A stretch of 64,000 nucleotides of DNA. It comes from Fimbriimonadia bacterium. Lineage in GTDB: Bacteria; Armatimonadota; Fimbriimonadia; Fimbriimonadales; JABRVX01. Position numbers and translations under genes: made by a program. The notes under the pieces are model-generated. The model worked only from the letters and a program-made list of their open reading frames with translations. It was not told the origin of the DNA and did not search any database. Location: NCBI GenBank assembly GCA_041483895.1, contig JBGPGO010000006.1:159198-223197 (forward strand). The letters are read 5' to 3'. Position 1 is the first letter of the stretch. Every line of letters starts with the position of its first letter. This document shows positions 59,526 through 64,000 of this stretch, one piece after another.

Positions 59526-62500
59526 ATGCTGGCCTTCTTGGCTCTGTTCGCCATCGTCGCCGGTTCGGTTTTCTCCCAGACTGCGGTCCAACAGACCGGC
59601 GTAGACAAAGACGGGAACGCATACGTCCGAGGGCACATATTGGTCGGCCTTGAAGACGGACTGATTCCCCAGCAGGTCAAGAAGGGCACGACGCTGTACG
59701 GCGGCATCGTCGGCCTCGTGCTTCCGGAGATCGATGCCGCCCTCATCGTCTATCCGGCGAGCACCGACATCTTCGAAAAAATTGCCGAGATCAGCAACCA
59801 ACCGTTCGTGCGCTATGCCGAGCCGGACTTCATCCGGTACGCGACCTTTACCCCGAACGATCCGTCCTGGAACCAGCAGTGGGGTCCGAAGAAGATTAAA
59901 TGCGACCTGGCGTGGGACGTTTGGAAGGGCGACCCCAACTGCATCATCGCCATCGTTGACACTGGAATCAACTATAATCACCCCGACCTTGCCAGCAAGT
60001 ATATCGGCGGATATGACTTCTACAACAACGACAATGATCCGATGGACGATAACGGTCACGGGACGCACTGCTCAGGAATCGCGGCCGGAGCGACCAACAA
60101 CAATGTCGGCATCGCGGGCGTCGGATTCAATTGCCGGCTCCGAGCATACAAGGTGCTTGGCGCCGGTGGTTCCGGTTCCGATTCCCAGGTAGTATCGGGC
60201 ATCGACCAAGCTGTCGCAGACGGCGCCCATGTCATCAGTCTGAGCCTGGGGAGGACTGGTTATTCATCCACCATGGCAAATGCCGTTGCAAATGCTTGGA
60301 ATGCAGGAGTAGTCGTCTGCTGCGCTGCCGGGAACAATGGAAACACGACTCTGTTCTACCCGGCGGCCTACACGCAAGCCATCGCAGTCGCATCAACCGA
60401 CAGCGATGACACTCGATCCTATTTCTCGGACTATGGCGCGAGTTGGGTCGATGTCGCCGCGCCTGGTTCAAACATCTACTCGACGTACAGCGCAAGCTAC
60501 GGGTATCTGTCCGGAACCTCGATGGCGTGCCCACACGTCGCGGGTGTTGCAGGGTTGGTTTACAGCTATGTCGGCCTCGTTAGAGACGTTCCTCATGCTC
60601 AATTGGTTAGGGACAAGATCGAAAGCAACTGCGACTACGTCGGAACGTTCGTTTCCAAAGGTCGCGTAAACGCCTATCTGGCTCTAACTGGGTCAGCGAA
60701 CGGGATTTCAACGCAGGTCACGGTATCATCGGCTTCGGGACCTGTTGGCGCCACGGTAACACTGAGTGCCAAATTATCGCGGTCCTACGATGGAGCCCCC
60801 ATATCCGGCAAGCAACTATCGTTCACTGTTGCTGGCGTTCCAGTCAATCCTCCTGGAACGACCGATCCCTCTGGATTCGCCAGCGTGCAGTACAAGATTC
60901 CCGAATCGCAAGGCGGTCTCATTCCGCCTATCGGGGCACAGTTCGCCGGGGACGGCACATATGGCGCCTCCTCTGGCAACAACATTCTCACAGTGAGCAG
61001 GGCTTCGACGTTGATTACTGTCACGCCAGTCGGCGGTTCCATTGGTCAAACAGTTTCCCTCACCGCGCACCTAACGCGCACCACCGACGGCGCATCCGTC
61101 GTTGGACGGCAATTGTCGTTCGCGGTGAACGGCAGCCCGGTCGGTTCGCCACAACCAACTGACGGCTCCGGTAACGCCAGTGTGCAGTACAAGATCCCCG
61201 AGTCGCTCGGCATTGGCCAGGCTTCCATCCAAGTTAATTTCGCGGGCGACACCGCGTATCTCCCGACTTCCGCCACAGGTTCGCTTACGGTTTCAAAGGC
61301 CAATGCGGCGCTCGCCGTTGGAGATCAGTCGGCTCAGATCGGTGCCACCGCCACGCTGACTGCTACCCTCACCCGAACGACCGATAACGGTTTGCTGTCC
61401 GGCAAAACGGTGGCGTTTACGGTCGGTGGGAACTCTGCTGGGAGTGCGGTGACGGACGCCAACGCTGTGGCGAGCCGAACATACGTCGTACCCGAATCGC
61501 TGGGTGTCGGACCGAAAACAATCTTCGCCTCATTCGGCGGAGATTCCTTGTACATCGGAACTACCGGGAACGGGACGCTTACCGTCAATAAGGCCGGCAC
61601 CAACATTCAGGTGTCGAACGTATCCGGCGCCATCGGCGAGACCGTTGCCCTCACCGCGTCGCTACACCGAACGACGGATAACATGCCGCTGTCCGGAAGG
61701 ACGCTGAGCTTTAGCGTGAATGGATTCTCGGTAGGAAATGCAGTGACAGCTGCGGATGGCGCCGCATCGATCAGCTACTACATTCCGGAGAACCTTGGTG
61801 TGGGGACAGCAACGATCACCGTCCAGTTTTCCGGGGACGCCACCCATGACCCCAGCGGCGGCAGCGGAAACCTCCCTGTCACCAAAGCAGGATCGGCGAT
61901 CTCAGTTGCCGCGGTAACCGGTCAGATTGGACAGACCGTTGTCTTGTCCGCAACGCTCCACCGCACGACAGACGGGGCAACGCTACCCGGTCGAATATTG
62001 GACTTGTCAGTCGCAGGTGTGGTCGTAGGCAGCGGGACGACAAACGCCTCGGGCAGCGCACAAGTAAGTTTCACCATCCCTGAGTCGCTCGGAGTCGGCG
62101 GGAAAGCGATTCTGGTGTCCTTCGCCGGCGACAGCACAACTCTATCTTCGGCCGGCCAGGGATTGCTGAGCGTTCTCCGCGCCGACACATCTATCGCGGT
62201 CCCGGACGTGGACGGTATGTTCGGCTTTGTCGTTCCAATCTACGCCCAACTCCGCAGAACCACCGACGGCGCTTTGTTGGCCGGTCGGTCGCTGACATTC
62301 AAGATCGAAGGCCCGGTGGTCGGCAGCGTAACCAAGATTGGGACGGCCAAGACCAACGCGTTCGGTTTCGCTCGATTGGATTACTTGGTTCCTTGGCGAG
62401 CTGGTACCACAATCGTTGTCGAGTTCGCTGGCGATGCAAACGATAACCCTTCGCCAAGAGCGACCGGTCACTTGAGACTTGGGAATTTGGAGTTAGGGCC

Positions 62501-62708
62501 GAGTCTGATCAGCGCGGCAACGTCGGACTACACCGCAGACCAGTTGTCGTACGGACTTCAAGGCAGTTTCGGTGAATGGGCGGTTTGCACCCTTGAAGGC
62601 AACGCGAACGGTCAACCCGGCGATGAGGTCCGTCGACCTGATGGGTTATTGTATTCCGGATTCTGGAGGAGCCTAATCGAAGGTCTCGTTCTCGAAGTGA
62701 AACCTTAA
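59526..62708 (+). CDS. Secreted thermitase-like S8 peptidase with six Ig-like repeats
   Basis: IVDTG, GHGTHCSG, AAGN, GTSMACPHVAG. Six ~98-aa repeats (TLTA.L.RTTDG..L.GR.LSF.V...IPESLG.G...F.GD). Confidence 0.92.
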   Translation: MLAFLALFAIVAGSVFSQTAVQQTGVDKDGNAYVRGHILVGLEDGLIPQQVKKGTTLYGGIVGLVLPEIDAALIVYPASTDIFEKIAEISNQPFVRYAEPDFIRYATFTPNDPSWNQQWGPKKIKCDLAWDVWKGDPNCIIAIVDTGINYNHPDLASKYIGGYDFYNNDNDPMDDNGHGTHCSGIAAGATNNNVGIAGVGFNCRLRAYKVLGAGGSGSDSQVVSGIDQAVADGAHVISLSLGRTGYSSTMANAVANAWNAGVVVCCAAGNNGNTTLFYPAAYTQAIAVASTDSDDTRSYFSDYGASWVDVAAPGSNIYSTYSASYGYLSGTSMACPHVAGVAGLVYSYVGLVRDVPHAQLVRDKIESNCDYVGTFVSKGRVNAYLALTGSANGISTQVTVSSASGPVGATVTLSAKLSRSYDGAPISGKQLSFTVAGVPVNPPGTTDPSGFASVQYKIPESQGGLIPPIGAQFAGDGTYGASSGNNILTVSRASTLITVTPVGGSIGQTVSLTAHLTRTTDGASVVGRQLSFAVNGSPVGSPQPTDGSGNASVQYKIPESLGIGQASIQVNFAGDTAYLPTSATGSLTVSKANAALAVGDQSAQIGATATLTATLTRTTDNGLLSGKTVAFTVGGNSAGSAVTDANAVASRTYVVPESLGVGPKTIFASFGGDSLYIGTTGNGTLTVNKAGTNIQVSNVSGAIGETVALTASLHRTTDNMPLSGRTLSFSVNGFSVGNAVTAADGAASISYYIPENLGVGTATITVQFSGDATHDPSGGSGNLPVTKAGSAISVAAVTGQIGQTVVLSATLHRTTDGATLPGRILDLSVAGVVVGSGTTNASGSAQVSFTIPESLGVGGKAILVSFAGDSTTLSSAGQGLLSVLRADTSIAVPDVDGMFGFVVPIYAQLRRTTDGALLAGRSLTFKIEGPVVGSVTKIGTAKTNAFGFARLDYLVPWRAGTTIVVEFAGDANDNPSPRATGHLRLGNLELGPSLISAATSDYTADQLSYGLQGSFGEWAVCTLEGNANGQPGDEVRRPDGLLYSGFWRSLIEGLVLEVKP

Positions 62709-62711
62709 CTC

Positions 62712-63992
62712 CTAAACCAACGCCGGGACCATGGGGGCGCGGGTGGAATCGGCAATTGGGGAGTGGCCGTGGGTGATCCAGTGCTCGTACTCATGCCGGA
62801 AGTGTTTCAGCGACGCTTGGATGGGCCACGCGGCGGCATCCCCAAGGGCACAGAGAGAGCGCCCATCGATGTTGCGGCAGATATCCTCCAGCAGCGGCAG
62901 GTCCTCCGGCCGCCCACCGCCGGTGATGATGCGCTCCAAAATCTGCGTCATCCAGATGGTCCCCTCGCGGCAGGGGGTGCACTTGCCGCAGCTCTCGCGC
63001 TGATAGAACAGCGACGTGCGCCACATGAACGTCGGGATGCAGACCGTGTCGTTCAGCACGATGCAGCCGCCGGAGCCGACCATGGACCCCGCCGCCACCA
63101 TCTCCTCGTAGCCGAGTATCGCGCCCTCGCATTTGTCCGCCGGGAGGATTGGCACCGACGATCCGCCGGGGATGATGGCCTTCAACTGACCGTCCACGCC
63201 GCCGGCCAGCGCGACCAATTCCATCAGCGGCGTGCCGAATTCGATCTCATAGTTTCCGGGCTTCTTCACATGGCCGGACATGGAGAAAATCTTGGTCCCC
63301 CGGCTGCGCTGGGTGGACGCGCCCAGCCCGCCATACCACGCGCCGCCCCTATCAACGATAAATGGGACGCACGCGAAGGTCTCGACGTTGTTGATCAGCG
63401 TGGGGCAGTCCCACAGGCCGCCGATGGTGGGCAGCGGGCCGTGGGGGAATTTCAGCCGCGGCATGCCCCGCTCGCCCATCAGGCTGGACATCATCGCCGA
63501 CTCCTCGCCCACCTCGTAGGACCCCGCGCCCATGTGCAGATAGAGGTCGATTCCGTTGCCTAAGTGGCCCGCGTCGTAGGCCTCGTCGATGGCCTTTCGG
63601 ATCGCTTTTGCCGCGTCCACAAACTCGCCGCGAATATAGATGTATGCTGTGCGCGCCTGGGTGGCGATTGCGCCGATGATCATGCCCTCGATCACCAGGT
63701 GCGGGCATCGCTCCATCAGCTCCTTGTCTTTGAAGGTCCCCGGCTCGCCCTCGTCCGCGTTGCACAGGATGTAGTGGGGCTTGGCGGTGTCCTTGGGGAT
63801 GCCGTTCCACTTGATCCACGCGGGGAATCCCGCGCCGCCCCTGCCGCGCAACCCGCTCGCCTTGACCTCGTCGATGATGGACTGGCGGTCCATGCCTTGG
63901 GCCTTCTTCAGCGCGGCGTAGCCCCCCTTGGCCTCGTATCCCTTGAGGGTGGCGTATTCGGGGTCGTGGGCGTGTTCGAGGAGGAGTTTCAT
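62712..63992 (-). CDS. nuoF: NADH-quinone oxidoreductase subunit F
   Basis: GRGGAGFP, CNADEGEPGTFKD, INNVET, ESCGKCTPCREG, CALGD. Confidence 0.96.
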   Translation of the reverse strand: MKLLLEHAHDPEYATLKGYEAKGGYAALKKAQGMDRQSIIDEVKASGLRGRGGAGFPAWIKWNGIPKDTAKPHYILCNADEGEPGTFKDKELMERCPHLVIEGMIIGAIATQARTAYIYIRGEFVDAAKAIRKAIDEAYDAGHLGNGIDLYLHMGAGSYEVGEESAMMSSLMGERGMPRLKFPHGPLPTIGGLWDCPTLINNVETFACVPFIVDRGGAWYGGLGASTQRSRGTKIFSMSGHVKKPGNYEIEFGTPLMELVALAGGVDGQLKAIIPGGSSVPILPADKCEGAILGYEEMVAAGSMVGSGGCIVLNDTVCIPTFMWRTSLFYQRESCGKCTPCREGTIWMTQILERIITGGGRPEDLPLLEDICRNIDGRSLCALGDAAAWPIQASLKHFRHEYEHWITHGHSPIADSTRAPMVPALV

Positions 63993-64000
63993 TTCGGCCA

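Noticed and set aside
56372..62739. Classical integrative element with attL/attR in nuoF
   Set aside because: No integrase lies inside or nearby, and the accompanying diverged DUF4139 tail fits recombination with a homologous locus better. It is reported as a finding under that interpretation.
1..64000. tRNA or rRNA genes
   Set aside because: No cloverleaf with a T-loop/D-loop pattern or rRNA signature was recognised in the intergenic regions by eye. A tRNAscan/Infernal run would be decisive.

Overview
GC-rich diderm bacterial chromosome segment. The gene content suggests Armatimonadota (inference from an H-X9-DG prepilin-type gene, PEP-CTERM proteins, dockerin-like C-termini, a PSD1/DUF1501 pair and a tamB-bamA-lpx cluster). 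The left half is mostly housekeeping: PPi-type PFK, pckA, lipA, an outer-membrane biogenesis operon (tamB, ECF sigma, bamA, skp, skp-like, lpxD, lpxC, fabZ, lpxA, lpxB, msbA-like) and sugar-nucleotide genes. The right half is a mosaic of accessory cassettes between core genes (rbp x2, gspE/pilB, nusA, DUF4139, nuoF). These include a Fic gene, a stand-alone SIR2-like gene, two S8 proteases, PEP-CTERM proteins, a decayed toxin-antitoxin module, toxin-tip/immunity-like genes, and a unit of LuxR-TM sensor, phage-fibre-like adhesin and protease. The most striking non-gene signal is that several cassettes are bounded by diverged second copies of neighbouring gene ends or intergenic elements (nuoF tail, DUF4139 tail, antitoxin head plus operator, an ~85-nt hairpin element), with no integrase present. 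At least six families of short palindromic REP-like repeats occur, one translated in frame inside a membrane glycosyltransferase. No rRNA, tRNA, CRISPR array or intact transposase was recognised. All family assignments come from motifs read by eye, not from database searches.
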